This document shows positions 12,901 to 30,185 of a DNA stretch of 32,852 bases, piece by piece (the first letter of the stretch is position 1; each line of letters opens with the position of its first letter). Location: positions 62,001 through 94,852 of the forward strand of contig NOWV01000241.1 in assembly GCA_003344405.1 (NCBI GenBank). Direction: 5' to 3'. The notes under the pieces are model-generated. The model had not been told where the DNA came from and searched no databases. It saw only the letters and a program-made list of their open reading frames with translations. The translations under genes and the position numbers were made by a program. The stretch comes from Trichoplax sp. H2 (lineage: Eukaryota).

Positions 12901-15900
12901 GTGGCTACCATGCTACAGTGCTGGATGTTGAAGAAACTGATACTAATATAGATTGCGATGACGCCAACTTATTTCATGAAGAAAATAAAATCCGAAAATA
13001 TATTGGTAATTTACAATTCAATTCCAATGGAAAATATTTCGCTGGTAGTAAGCGTAGGAAGATTTATTTTGGTGTTACCTCCAATGGTAAACGTTCAGTT
13101 TATACACAAGCATGCCATGTAACGTGTTTGACGTGGCCACGATATCGACGTATCAACTCAGGTGAAGAAAATATAAGAGACTATTTACTAGTGGGAACAG
13201 AGAATGGCGACGTATTTATATTGGAAGTCAACAATAATGACGCGTTACAGAAAAGACCTATGCCAGCATTTCAGCGATCTTCAGCCATTACATCATTAGC
13301 TTGGCACAGTACATCAAGCTATTTTATAGTTGCTAGCGCTGATGGCATCATCCAAATTGGATTGCTATCTCACCTATTCGATCCAGTAGAAATATATCGA
13401 CATCCGGATGAATGTGATATTACTACTAGTTGGGATGTGTCAGGAAGGTATTTATCGATCATTGTAGCCAGTCATGATGACTCAACTGCTATGATTTGGG
13501 TGGAAGATAATCAAGAACTTAAGCTAGACTTTACAATTCCACTCAATACTACAATCATTAAATGGTCAAATGGATTTGTAGATAAAACGGGTGAGACATG
13601 TTTATTTGCTACTGGAGACGATATTGGCTTAATTCGAATGTATGTTGTATCATATCAGGGAGTTTCATCTAATTTTGAACATCAATCGATTTCGCCCGTA
13701 AGTGCATTCGAACGTAAGCAATTCAATAGTAAAAATTTATCGCGTCATCAATATTCTAATATTTATCACCTTTACAATATTGCTGGCCATGAGGATAGTA
13801 TTGTTTCGTTAGCATTCATTTCAAATGACTCCGTCCTAGTGTCTTTGTGTGCAGATCATCAGGTTAATTTTTGGTCCGCCTATGATGGAATCCCGTTACA
13901 AACATACCAAAGCAATAAACCCGTTGTTTGTTTTGAATCTTTGGGTAACTTTGGCCTTGCCTTAGGCAGCGTAGGATTGAAGGACGTGACTGTATTTCTG
14001 TTTAATGATGATTGGTTGGAGAAAATCCGTTATTCTGCAGTATCAAAACATTCCTTGCATTTATGTGGTTTTACTCAATTAGATATTGCACCTTGTTTAT
14101 GTGGATTGATTAAAAATCTACCAGCCATCATGTTAGAACAGTATACTTATGAAAAATGTATTATTAAAGATGGCGATCAATTAATGCACAGCCGTTACCT
14201 TCAAAGTCTCACATCAATCGTTTGTACACTGAATTTAGATAGAATTATTTGTTATGATCCGATAAAGCGCTCCATAAATTTAGAAACGATATATCCATTA
14301 CCGGAATGGAAATGGCTTGTAGATTATTGTAGGGCAGAACAACTCTGTGTATCACTTCAATGTAGTCGACAGCAGAATTTGTTCCAACTAATCACTTCTA
14401 CCAAGGAGAACGAAATTCTTCCACCTTGGAAATTGGCCATGGATCGTGAAATTATAGAATGGGTTACAGATAGACCGCAAGATTGGAAAATGAGTGCAAA
14501 ATGTGAAGCTTATACATGGGGTGGTGGCCGCCATGGCCAATTAGCTGAATCAGGCCGACTAGTCTTACAGCCGACATTAACGAGTTCATTTTCTAAAGCT
14601 AAGCAAATTCATTGTGGCCATAATAGTACTTTCGTTATTGAACATGATGGCACGGTTCTTGCTTGCGGTGAAGGAAGTTATGGTCGACTAGGGCAAGGTA
14701 ATTCGGACGACTTGCCGCGCCTTAGGCCTATTACAGCCTTACAAGGATTTGTTGTAACAGAATTAGCAACATCGACAGGTTTGGAGGGGCATTCACTCGC
14801 ATTGACTGAAACGGGCGAAGTATTTAGTTGGGGAGATGGTGATTATGGAAAACTGGGTCATGGAAATAGCGAACGTCAGCGCCGCCCAAGACAGATTGAA
14901 GCATTAAGAGGAGAAGATGTTCTTCATGTTGCATGTGGCCATAAACATTCAGCTATTGTTACTGTTGATGGCAAGCTATTTACGTTTGGCGCTAGCGACT
15001 TAGGGCGATTAGGTTTAGGTAATACTAGCAATAAAAAATTGCCAGCACAAGTTACCGCTCTACAACCAATCATGGTAGAATTGATTGCATGTGGTGCTAA
15101 TCATACCGTTGTTGTTACAACGGATCGAGAGTCAGTGTGGACTTTTGGCGAAGGGGAGTATGGACAACTAGGCTTAGGTAGAACCACAGCTAAAATGACC
15201 CCCCAATATGTTGATGCATTTAGTAAATTGAACATTAAGAAGATATGCTGTGGTGCTCGTTTTACTTTAGCGTTAACAAAAGAAGGGAAAGTTTATTCTT
15301 GTGGTCACAATCGATGTAACGGGATTTTCGAAGTCGATACGCAGCACGCCGACTATTATCCGCAACAAGTTATGGCTTTATCCGAGCAATTTATAGAGGA
15401 TATTGCAGCTGGTTATGAACATGCCTTAGCACTAACGAAAGAGGGAGATGTTTGGAGTTGGGGCAATGATACAGATGGACAAGTAAGACTCAATAGTAGT
15501 CAAAAGTTTTTCTTATCCATTTAATGTTAATGGTAGTAAAATGCCAATATAATTTATGCTCACTCATTTATCCAATTTATCACTCAGCTTGGATTAGGTC
15601 AAACGCTACCACAACGGGAACCTTGCCTTATATCAAGTCTTCAAGGGAAAGGCATTCGCCAGGTAAACGCTTCTTTATTCAACATTTTTGTTAGCATTTC
15701 TGCTTAATTACCTTAGTATATAGTATATTGACCTATTACTTTTATTAGATTTCAGCTGGACATAATCACAGTGCAGCGTGGACAGTAGCGCCAGCAAGTA
15801 TTCGAAAAGCTATGGCAACGTCAAGTTCATTGGAATTAGGTTTACCGGAAAGAATACCAGAAATCTATGGTTCCCTTGCTGGGATAGATATACAACTGAT

Positions 15901-18151
15901 CAGATCTAGATTACAATATCTGTTAGACATGTCCGAAGCTATTTATTATTCCTGGAGATTACTTGATTTATGTCCTAAAAAGGTATATTGTATTCTGTTT
16001 GCTTTCAGCTGTTTACATCAGCTATCTTGAGATCAATAACTGTACTTATTAAATTTTTCTAATAGTTGAGCCATATCAGCAACGGATTTATGGGCATCAT
16101 GCAAGGATTTTTGCGCCCTTTATTACCAACACGAGTAACGATGCAACCATTCCTTCGTCACATCAGTAAAACCATGCTACACAATCGTAATTTTGGACCA
16201 ACGGTCAAGGTGGAGCGATTAAGCACTCGGTAAAGACTGACAATAACACAGTATTAACAATATACCCATGAAACTCTAACAAATAGTTTTATTCACACTT
16301 CTAAATTAGTGATGAACATTGTAAGCCGATTTTCGTCCAAATTGCGCAGCAAGTGATGCAATCCAACTTAGCTGAGCTATGTCTGCCTATGAGAGCCTGG
16401 AAAGTTAAGCTAGTGGGTGAAGGTGCTGATGATGCTGGTGGAGTCTTTGATGATACAGTTAGTGAAATGTGTAAGGTATGCTGTAGTACTGAAAGTTACT
16501 TGAAGATATTTTAAAGTTTTAATACCCGTGCTCAAAAATTACACTTAAATTATAAAATTACTAGGAATTAGAAAGCAATGATGTCTCACTACTTATTCCA
16601 ACGCCAAATTCAGTTGATCAACTTGGCTACAATCAGGATAGGTAGTTATCGTGTATATGATATTGATATAATATCTTGAAAAGGTGGAATGCTTACTCTG
16701 TTGTATTGTTTGTTTACAATCCGTAAGATTTATTATTAACCCGTCAGCATCATCGATAGAAGAATTGAAAAAATTTGAATTCTTGGGAGTGTTACTCGGT
16801 ATAAGTGTACGATCAAAAAAGCCATTAGATCTTCACTTGTCTCCGACAGTTTGGAAGCAGATATGTGGCATTCCATTAACTGAAGGCGATATTGAAGAGG
16901 TATCAATTATATTATGGTTACTACTCACTCGTTTCAATCTAAACTACAATACATCAAAAGATTTCGTGTTAGCGTATAAATGAATTTGGGCATTTACTGT
17001 TTCCGCGTAAGATTAATTAACTTTGTCGTATAAATATAGGTTGATACTTTATTTATCCAAACTATGCGAAGTCTTCGAGACGTAGAATATAATGATATTG
17101 ACGAGAACACATTCCAGGAGGTATTATTAAGATGAATAAATTCTTAATTGATACGTCATATGGATGTATATTTGTTCGACTTATTATACTATGTTTGTAT
17201 TCTTGGTAGTATTTTCCCATAAGTACCTTTGTTGCTAAAGATTCGAATGGCAAGTTTGTTCCTATCGTTCCTGGTGGTAGAAATATTGAATTATCATACA
17301 ATACGAGAATGAATTATGTTAAATCTGCAATCGAATTTAGATTGCATGAAGTAGATTCCCAGGTAATTTGATTATACAATCAGTTATACTGTAAGCTTTT
17401 TAATTTATACCATTGTTGCGGGTTTGAAGTTTATGATTATCAATGTCAATATATTGTAAATTTAGATCGCTGCTATTAGAAAGGGAATGTCATGGGTCAT
17501 TCCCGTTCCATTATTATCTTTTATGACCGAATTACAGTTGGAAAAGATCACTTGTGGGGCAGCTGAGATTGATATCTCGGTACTTAAAAGTATGATTAGG
17601 TACGATTTAAAATCTTTCTTCTACAAGCAATACAATCTGTTCGTATACTTAACTATCTATCGAGGTAGTTAATTTCTTTTGCCATGTCTTTAGTTTTAAA
17701 GCAGGAGAAGAAATAAATCAATTATTGTCCTGGTTATGGTCTATTTTGGAATCATTTAGTAGTAAGGAGAAAGTTCTTTTCATGCGTTTCATTTCTGGTA
17801 GATCTAGACTACCATCAAATAAAATGGATTTAGGGCAAAAATTTCAAGTTATCAAGGTTGATCGGGTAAGTATTTTCGCGATCGTATTATCAGCTTTACG
17901 AATAGGTGAATATTTAGCTGCTTCACTAGCGTTAATTGGTGTCTTATGCTCTTCAGCCGTTAGATTCTTTGCCTATGTCGCAAACATGTTTCTTCCAATT
18001 ACGACTACCATCTTATTCATCACAAGAGGTTATGGCAGAGAAGCTACGTTATGCTATCAGTAACTGCCGATCAATAGATACCGATAATTATATGTTGGCT
18101 AATAATGATATTACTGAGGCGCCCGGAGATCTTGCTGATGAAATGTTGTAG
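996..18151 (+). CDS. HERC1: HERC1-like giant HECT E3 ubiquitin ligase, about 41 exons, about 4,367 aa
   Basis: Hand-built, phase-consistent exon chain: 996-1973, 2155-2211 (tentative), 2272-2358, 2456-2644, 2791-2856, 2936-3101, 3249-3328, 3417-3513, 3612-3755, 3842-3885, 3966-4049, 4229-4373, 4456-4627, 4760-4885, 4970-5129, 5257-5382, 5502-5660, 5798-5983, 6054-6183, 6270-6458, 6545-6754, 6823-6975, 7054-7168, 7243-7340, 7443-7583, 7665-7933, 8070-8264, 8366-10212, 10341-12187, 12262-15482, 15588-15662, 15749-15982, 16066-16229, 16310-16475, 16565-16641, 16728-16899, 17040-17120, 17210-17362, 17466-17599, 17694-17865, 17957-18151 (sum 13,104 nt, divisible by 3). Domain order RLD-SPRY-UBA-WD40-RLD-HECT and the C-terminus [43 protein letters not shown] match HERC1. 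Confidence 0.95.
2540..4620 (+). other. RCC1-like domain 1 (RLD1) of HERC1, split over about 10 small exons
   Basis: Repeated RCC1 blade motifs: [73 protein letters not shown]. Confidence 0.9.
2857..2935 (+). other. Non-canonical GC-AG intron in HERC1
   Basis: The conserved motif [13 protein letters not shown] is only restored by splicing AAG|gctagt...tgtag|GGT. The nearby GT at 2861 gives an incompatible phase. Confidence 0.75.
9235..9710 (+). other. SPRY domain of HERC1 (approximate limits)
   Basis: GRGYGIA...[10 protein letters not shown]...GVCIG...[17 protein letters not shown]...[10 protein letters not shown]...[16 protein letters not shown]...LLPVIVFG is the HERC1 SPRY pattern. Confidence 0.85.
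11089..11193 (+). other. UBA-like segment of HERC1
   Basis: [18 protein letters not shown]...MLSWLL contains the UBA MGF motif and the terminal WLL. Confidence 0.7.
12790..13900 (+). other. WD40 repeat region of HERC1 (approximate limits)
   Basis: Degenerate WD repeats, e.g. [44 protein letters not shown]...DHQVNFWS. Confidence 0.75.
14500..15785 (+). other. RCC1-like domain 2 (RLD2) of HERC1
   Basis: [86 protein letters not shown]. Confidence 0.92.
16330..18080 (+). other. HECT domain of HERC1; catalytic Cys codon at 17987-17989
   Basis: [39 protein letters not shown] and [11 protein letters not shown] motifs. Confidence 0.92.
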
Positions 18152-18914
18152 ACATTAATTTCTTTACGGAAAGAGTAGTTTTGGTTATTAATATCTATTA
18201 GTTGTATATTAGACTGCATCTTTTCGAAGTTGTGCTACTGTATATTTGCAAGAATCGATAACTTTGATCCGCTGCCATAGTATTGTACTATTTGATTTTT
18301 AGAAAGAAACTGTTATTTACGTAAAGTTGAACTTAAATTATGGCATTTGTATCGCACCGTATTCTTTTTCCACACTGTTAATTGCCTAATAAGGCTTATT
18401 CATCCAGTTGTACTTGCTTAAATAATTTTTTTAAATAATACGACCTAGTATACAATTGTGAAAACTGAATTTTTATCTATTTTTGTACTAATATCGGAAA
18501 TTAGCTCTTGAAGGCTGTACATTAATACAAGCAATTTACAGCGTCCGCTGAATATGTATCAAGATATATTTTGCTTATATCAGTCATTGGACACAATTTT
18601 ATTACATGAATCTGTGCGCTGTTTGCTAATCGGTGCAATTGTAAATATACAGGAAAGACAATGGTTGATTAACTTTAACACACAATAACATTATTTATGC
18701 TGTCATGGCATAAGTTGCTATTGCTAGCGTTAATTCCGATATTAACGCTTGCTTTCAAAATGCTGTAGCAAACTAGGATATAGTTAAATTAAATTTTATG
18801 ATTTATAAACGGTTGTGATAAACCTGTTGGAATTATTTTACTGATTTAATTATAATAAAGTGAAAACAAGCCGTTCTATTGGCGATTTAATGATCAACCT
18901 TTGCAGATTGATAG

Positions 18915-20390
<1,476 letters not shown>

Positions 20391-20437
20391 TCAGGGAAAC
20401 GCTGGCTTCACGTCAAAAAAAAAGCACCGTATCTATT

Positions 20438-20898
20438 CTAGAACTAAAATCTCATTGACTTTGGTAATTCTTTAGTATATTATAAATAATTAATTGGACG
20501 AAAATATTCTCATTTCTACTACAGTAGACTTGGTCGTTGTAACTAATCGTCGTGAGTATAGCTGCCACTGAATAAAATTGCTTGTAATTCTATCATTAAA
20601 TTACAAGTATCGCTTCAAGAATGACTGAGAGAAGATCAACTTGAAACATTTATTCCATATTAGTATACCCTAGACGGCGATAATTAATATCTTGAATGAT
20701 GTCAATCGTTCCTCCATTAAACTATGTAATGATTAAGCAAGGAGAGTACTGTGCCAATTATTCGATAGAGATATTGTAGATTCAAGTAAGAAATAAACGC
20801 GAAAGCTCCTATTTTCCCAACAATTAATGATAATTCTGAATTAAAACTAGGCTTTGCCTTGATGAATAGTATCTTTGTTTATAATTGATAGTACTTAC
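20438..20898 (-). other. Putative 5'-UTR intron of the ZNF474-like gene
   Basis: Perfect minus-strand donor AG|GTAAGT at 20898 and an acceptor ttttagttctag about 50 nt upstream of the ATG. The pairing is inferred. Confidence 0.4.
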
Positions 20899-21365
20899 CT
20901 ATCTATCTATCTCTTCTTATACTGTCTATTATAAAACAGAAGACTTCAAATCGGCTGACGAGTTGAGTAAAATTTCTGCTTTTTATTGCTGTGGCATACA
21001 AATATTGATAACATGTATAATTATGCAATATTAACGTATAATAGAACTTGATAGATACTACTAAATTTTGTATATATTGTAGAAGGCGAAATAAGAACAA
21101 TACTTAAATTAATAAAAAAACAAGTTCTAGTTTACATTAATCATCGGACAATAATTCATATCATTAAATAATATGTATATTCCAACGCGAAATAGACGTA
21201 TTGTTGTGGATGCGGTTTATTAAGTATAATGTAATTTGCAATTATTTTATGCTATATGGAATCATTGATATCAAACTATTGTATCAAACGATTTAGTTGA
21301 ATAGTGCCTGTATAAAACTTAACATAGACAACTAACGTATAGATTCCGTAGACAGCGGCCTTGAA

Positions 21366-21379
21366 ATTACCATAGCAAC
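21366..21379. promoter_or_regulatory. Candidate RFX X-box (ATTACCATAGCAAC) between the divergent ZNF474-like and kinase genes
   Basis: Matches the relaxed X-box consensus RYYNYYWWRRNRAC with a perfect TAGCAAC half-site. Plus-strand splice donors follow at about 21406-21411. Confidence 0.45.
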
Positions 21380-23613
21380 ATAAACACATCAACAGTTGTA
21401 ATTAGGTAGGGTAAGGTTAATGTACTGTTTAGCGATATAGTAGGCTGAGCTATGCATTGTTACTCATCATAGGAATAGCATTGACAAGGCTAAGATTTGA
21501 TTGCTACTGTAACAATCTTTCCTAATCACAGCAATACAAGACTTTAAGACAATTTTATTTTATATTTGCTTTACTCCACTCAATAATTTGGTAAGTGTTT
21601 TAAATAAATACTAAGAATTCAATACCTTGAGATGTAATCAAAGATCAACAGAATAGAGAATGAGGATACATTATATTTAACGATAGTATTTATTTCAGCT
21701 TGATTTTAATCTTAGTGTGCTAGCTTTATCTATTCAATTGATCTGCTGATATAACTTCTGTCATGATAACAATTAATGGTTGCCAAGATGTTCAATTTGC
21801 ATGAAAATCTTGCCCTTTGCAAGGGGGTTCAATTAACCCTTGATTCGTCAAATAGATCGCTAGATAATGATCTAAATGATCGGATAGTACAATAAAAATA
21901 TAGTAGCCGATCAACCACCCCACTGAGAATTTGGTCATTCCAGGTAATGCATCGATAGGACCTAGGCTTTTGCCTAAAATTCGTCAATAGAACAAAAAAT
22001 AAAAGCGCTACCTTTTTTATCCTTAAACTGACAGTACAGTATAAACAAGCTATAAATTATCCGAAAGAACTTATATTTTGCTTACATTATTTAAAATGTC
22101 CAGAAAACATCAGCTTACTTTCAAGAATACAAAGCTAGCTGATTCATTATTTTAGTTCTGATAGCTTACATGTAACTACTAGGGTAAAACAACAGCACCC
22201 ATTTCAAAATAGCTATCATGATCGCTATCTGATCAGCTTTATCTATGGGATAGACGATAGAGAAGGATAGAGTAGCTGTCTAATTAACTTTATTTCCTTA
22301 TAAAGCTGTGCAAATTACATCCTTATTAATTGTAGGAAATTAGTTTAATCTTTAATGTAGAAACCATGTTATTTACTGACTAATATTAAATTTGCAACAC
22401 CAGGAACGATGACTGTACAAAATTCCATACCAATATTAATTCTTTCATAGAAAAAGTAACTGTAATATCAATAAGAAAGTAAAGTATTTATAATTAAACT
22501 CAAGATTACATGTCTATGGTTCATTTGCTTCGTATCCCTAACAACGTAGACGGCAACCTTAACTACTTCAGAAATGGAAGTTGTAGATAGTGTTATGATC
22601 CTGTAGAGCTTACTGAACTCGTAACTGCTCCGTATGGCTAAACATTCAGCTTATTCGTGTTCCATCCAAGGGTAGTCTTCTCATCTGATCTGGCATAAAG
22701 AATATAAAATATGCATAATGCTGGCTAATGAATTATCTTACATACATTTATATAAAAAGATTCTTTCAAAATTATTAAAGACATGAGATCTTAAAGCTAC
22801 ATATGCCAACGTATGAAAATAGCTAATTGATAGTTCAGATTTCTACAGTAAGGTACAGAATTTATCTAATGAGATGCAAAAGTATGATCTGCTATCACAT
22901 ATATATTTTTGAGATAAAATTACTGTCCACTTTCAACGTATTCCCAGCTCATTATCTTATGACATAATTAAATTCTTCATGATGACAGGTAACTTATGGA
23001 GCATGGGCTTAATTAGTAGTATTGATGTTGTCACGAGAAAAGTATGATATTACAAGAGATGAGCTACTTTAAATACTATGTTCCTGAAAAATTTGTAATC
23101 GGCTAAAGCACTCTAGAACTTTCTATGATGGCACATGTAGCTTGCTCCGACATTATAATGCTTTTTGTCCTTTAATAGAAATAAATTTTAACAGTCGATA
23201 TTAGTTTAGCTTGTTTACTTTATCGTTACTAGATTATTCTTGTAATATATGATCTATTCAGAGCTTTTCTGCCATATAAATCTAAATATGCTGAATTTGA
23301 GGAGTAATCGTTATTTCATATCCTATTCTAAGATAATGGCAAAAGCGAATAATTTGCTCGTGAAGTCATACTTACTTGGACGAGTTGTAAAGTTGCTAAT
23401 TAATTTACTCCATTCTCAGGGTAGTGACAAACACGAATAATTAGTTCATGCAGTTATGTTTACTAAGAAGAGTTGTAAAATTACTAATTAATTTACTCTT
23501 AGCACTCATTCATATCGCTTTGCAAGTATATTTCCTTGATACTTGATAAAATACATTAAAAAAAATAATTATATTAATGATATATTACTTAATTTATTAT
23601 AGATTTATCCGAT

Positions 23614-26356
<2,743 letters not shown>

Positions 26357-27918
26357 TATTCTACTCTTTATACCTCTTTGCAAATTATAAAATGACGTAA
26401 AATGCTATATACTATAACTATATTCATAAACGTGGATAAGAATAATACGCCTTGATGAGAGCCAATGGCATTATGGTTTCAAAGTGAAAGTTCTCATCTA
26501 CTGTACAGTAATCTATTCAAGTTTTATTATTACTACTACTTCTACTGCTGAAGATATGCAAGCTATTGCCTTATATGTTGCATGGACTGCATTATTTTGA
26601 GCTAAATTTTATTTTTGGTATGCGCTATAGAAAACATGTATATTATGTTACATGTGCTTATTATTTTTTAAGGTAAAATGAAATTATGAACATTGTTTTA
26701 TATCGATTATATGTATAACTGCTTAATAAAATATTTTAGCTAGGATATTCACGCTTTATTGTTGTCTAAGTTTCGTTTTGGCTTCTGTAAATCTATTTTA
26801 TGTGAGCATTGATATTTTTTATCGAAAATACTAACTAAATGATCGTTCTATGGGTAAATGATTGGAATATGACATCAAAGGTTGCGTATGCTCCATATTA
26901 CTACTGATTATCTAAGGCTAATTTACTATATTATCAATCTCATTTACAAAATCTAATAGGCCAATTACATTTATAAACTGGACGTTATAATTGTATAGTA
27001 CTGTACAGTAGGCAGATTGATTTTAGAGATGAATAGAATGAAATACTGAATCAAATGGAAGATATTTTAGTTTACGTTATAATACATGTATATCTTTAAT
27101 CATCTCAGATTGAAGCCTTGTATTCATTCTGAGGAGCGTGTTTTAATACTAATTGTTAGCGATTAATAAGGGGCATTTTTATTTATTTCGGACTAAGTTT
27201 TCATTTGTAGGCTGCCATTGACATGCGAAATCATACATTATTTTATGGAATATCGCTGCGTAATATTTGTTAGCTTGATATGCAAACAGTAAATATTTTT
27301 TCTAAGATGGCCTATCTTTTACCTGGATTCAATTTCTCATAGAAATCGATCCATACAATTACTTTTAAGTTTGGATAGATTAATCTTACAACGCGATGAT
27401 AAATTAATTAGTATACAACTTAATCTATTATTCTATGACAAAGCCACAGGAAAACCAAGAGATGACCAGGTCTATATGTTGCAAACCATATCATATAAAT
27501 AATACTTTCACTTACAATTCAAATAAATTTAATAACTTGATTTGCCTGGAATAAAGAGGAAAGGACTGACTAGCTTATAACCAGTCTTAATGTTTATTTA
27601 TACATGCATTATTACAAGCAAAACCCCATTATGAGCAAGTATTTACTTAATAGAATACTGATATCTTAAATAAAAGCCTGCTTTAAATTTCAGCTTACCA
27701 ACAATTACGTAACGAAAGTCAAAGTCTTACATTATATAGTATTTAAGTTACAGGTCTTTTCTAATATGTATATACATATTTGAACGTTCGTTTTGTGGTA
27801 TGTGCAAGATGGCTCATAAGTATTAACAACATTGATGCAAATTCTTCGGTCTCGTCATTCTGTACAACATGTCTGAAACGCTAGCTGAGGGTATTTACGA
27901 GATAAATTGCTAAGGTAG

Positions 27919-29479
27919 CTAATTTTCAGCCATTTGTATTTCAGCTTGCTTGTACTTTTCCGGAACAGGATACCCCAAAATTTCAGGTACCATATGTGGC
28001 TTCAACCAATTTACTAATGAAGATTTCTCACCTGGCTTATAATGACCATCCTTATGATAGAATAGTAGACCATCAATCTATCCAATTCAAGCAGTATTAT
28101 CTTAGTAAAAGGCATTTAAATTTGATAGCTAAAACCTCTAAACAGTATAGTACCGGATACTCTTTAATGTCATTCAATGAGGCATAGATTTTATCACTAC
28201 TAGTTTCAAACATTGGCGCTATAATAAATTTAAACTGAGAAAATAGGAGAAAATTAGCCCATTTTTAGTCAATATGCAGTCATAGTAATATATTTTTAAT
28301 TGAGAATTACTCGATTAGATTTAGAAATGGTCGACAACAAGTCGAATTCTTCTTGGATCTTACTACGTAACCAGAACGACCGGAAAGAATACTGCCGTAA
28401 TTTCAGTAGGTTGAGAGAGTTACTTAGTATCAAAAGTTATAGCACTATAGGATTATACTCTCATTAATGGTACGATCATGCTTACGTCAGAATCATAAAT
28501 AGGATGGCCATTCCAACACATTAGATCAATAATAAAGAAAGTTTGCAGTTGTTCGCAATAAATACAGTCTAGGATACAGAATTTACCCCTTCTACCAGCG
28601 CTACCTCCAGGAAGGGCAGAATTAAATCTACTAATTTTATTGCCTTTCCTAGAGTATGCAGTAGTCCTACCCTACATTTACAACGCAAGAAATAAAAGCA
28701 TAGATTGAATCGATAGATTCTGCTAGACAGTAAGATAAAATTAGTTTTCTGGTGAAAGTACCCTTGCAGCAATCACTAAGTTCCTTTTCCCAATTGGACA
28801 AATAACAGTGATCCAGCTCGATTCAAAGTTTGGGGGCTTGTCATTAAGCCATTCCGATAGCATTATCTAGGATTAAAATCTCAGTATTATTTAAGCGTAT
28901 GAATGCCAGCATCAATCAGCCTTTTATGTAAAAGCTGCCTTTCCAAAGCATATCATACAGAACAAATTGGTTTACCTGATTAGCGTAAGGCTTATAGCTT
29001 TTAGTTTTATGCTGGCTTCGCTTGGAGGCAGGTTTCATGTCTTCACACTTACTCTCCTAGAGAATAATTAGTAATCGTAGATTATTTTTAAGTGCATGTG
29101 GTTTACTTTTAAATTTATTTTACAGGCGCTAAATTGACAGTTCTTTGTACGAAAGCAACAACAACGGAATCATTACTGTTGGTTCTGCTGTGGCAATTTC
29201 CATAGTTACTTCATCTTCTAAGTGCCGAAGTAAATTGTAAGCCTCCGATCGTTTCCTGTAGGTTTTAGTAGTTAATTCTCTTAATAAACTTAGTCTGGTG
29301 AGCAGGTGTGGTACGTAGTTTTTAAAAAATTTCTCTTCATTTTAGTCCTCAATCGTACATTGTATAGTACATGACTAGATCAATGCACATTATTACAATT
29401 TTACCTTTTTTGCCTTTCCAATTCCTTCTGTCGTCTAGTATGTTGATCGGGCAACGTGGTACTTTTGTATTGAGCAAAT
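27919..29479 (-). CDS. SNUPN: Snurportin-1 (m3G-cap snRNP import adaptor), 5'-partial
   Basis: Minus-strand exons 29479-29405, 29255-29177, 29056-28976, 28866-28762, 28671-28486, 28391-28311, 28234-28154 (donor uncertain), 28077-27919. They give IBB-like FAQYKS...[17 protein letters not shown], then [41 protein letters not shown] and [16 protein letters not shown]...LVNWLKP. Both cap-stacking Trp motifs are present. Confidence 0.92.
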
Positions 29480-30185
29480 CTGTTATAAGAGTAAGTTAAG
29501 AAATAGAGTATCACAGTTCGCTCTTTATTATAGTTTTTTTAGCTCGCTCGAATGTATTGGAGGTTAATTTATCTTCCGGAGCAGTATTTTAAATGCCTAC
29601 TGCAATAGCTCGAGTTGTAGGTAACTAAAGTAATGTCGGGCTGGCTATGGGTATAAGTAGAAGTATACGAGTACAATAGGAATTGGTCCAGTTGTGTTGA
29701 TCAAATGAAAACAGTTTGTCTCTCATGATAATGCCGTTCTTTAATTATCGCTACTGAAGCCATTAGACCGTACCCTAACATTAGCTAAATTCATTTATAT
29801 TGTTCGCTTATTCAGTAGTGATATTGATCTCATTACCTTAATAGCTCGAGTTACAGTTAACTACAACAATGTATTATTTAGTGGTATATAAGTCTTTAAC
29901 ATGAATTTATCCGTTAGCAATCATGCCATGAGTCTAAATTGTCGCCTATTTTATAATCATTCTTTAATCCCTTTCTGACTACTATTTGTTCTTATTTTCA
30001 GTTCATTCAGCAGTAGCGTTTTGTACTACAACCTTAATGATTGGAATGGTAGAGAATAATTAAAGCAGTGTATTAGTGATATTCTATCGATGAACATCAG
30101 TATTGAATATGAAGTTTATTCTTTAGCATTGATCAAATTGTAAGTGACTGAAATACTGCGAATAAATGTAAGTATCTAACTGGAA

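Noticed and set aside
4032..17301. Short antisense or alternative-frame ORFs within HERC1 (e.g. 4032-4220, 4958-5140, 10623-10901, 11360-11584, 17062-17301)
   Set aside because: Shadow ORFs of real exons or AT-rich introns with no coding signature.
21400..23600. Possible additional coding gene between ZNF474-like and the kinase (e.g. ORF 23249-23440, short ORF near 22510)
   Set aside because: No coherent exon chain or motif. The scattered splice signals are better explained as 5'-UTR exons or chance.
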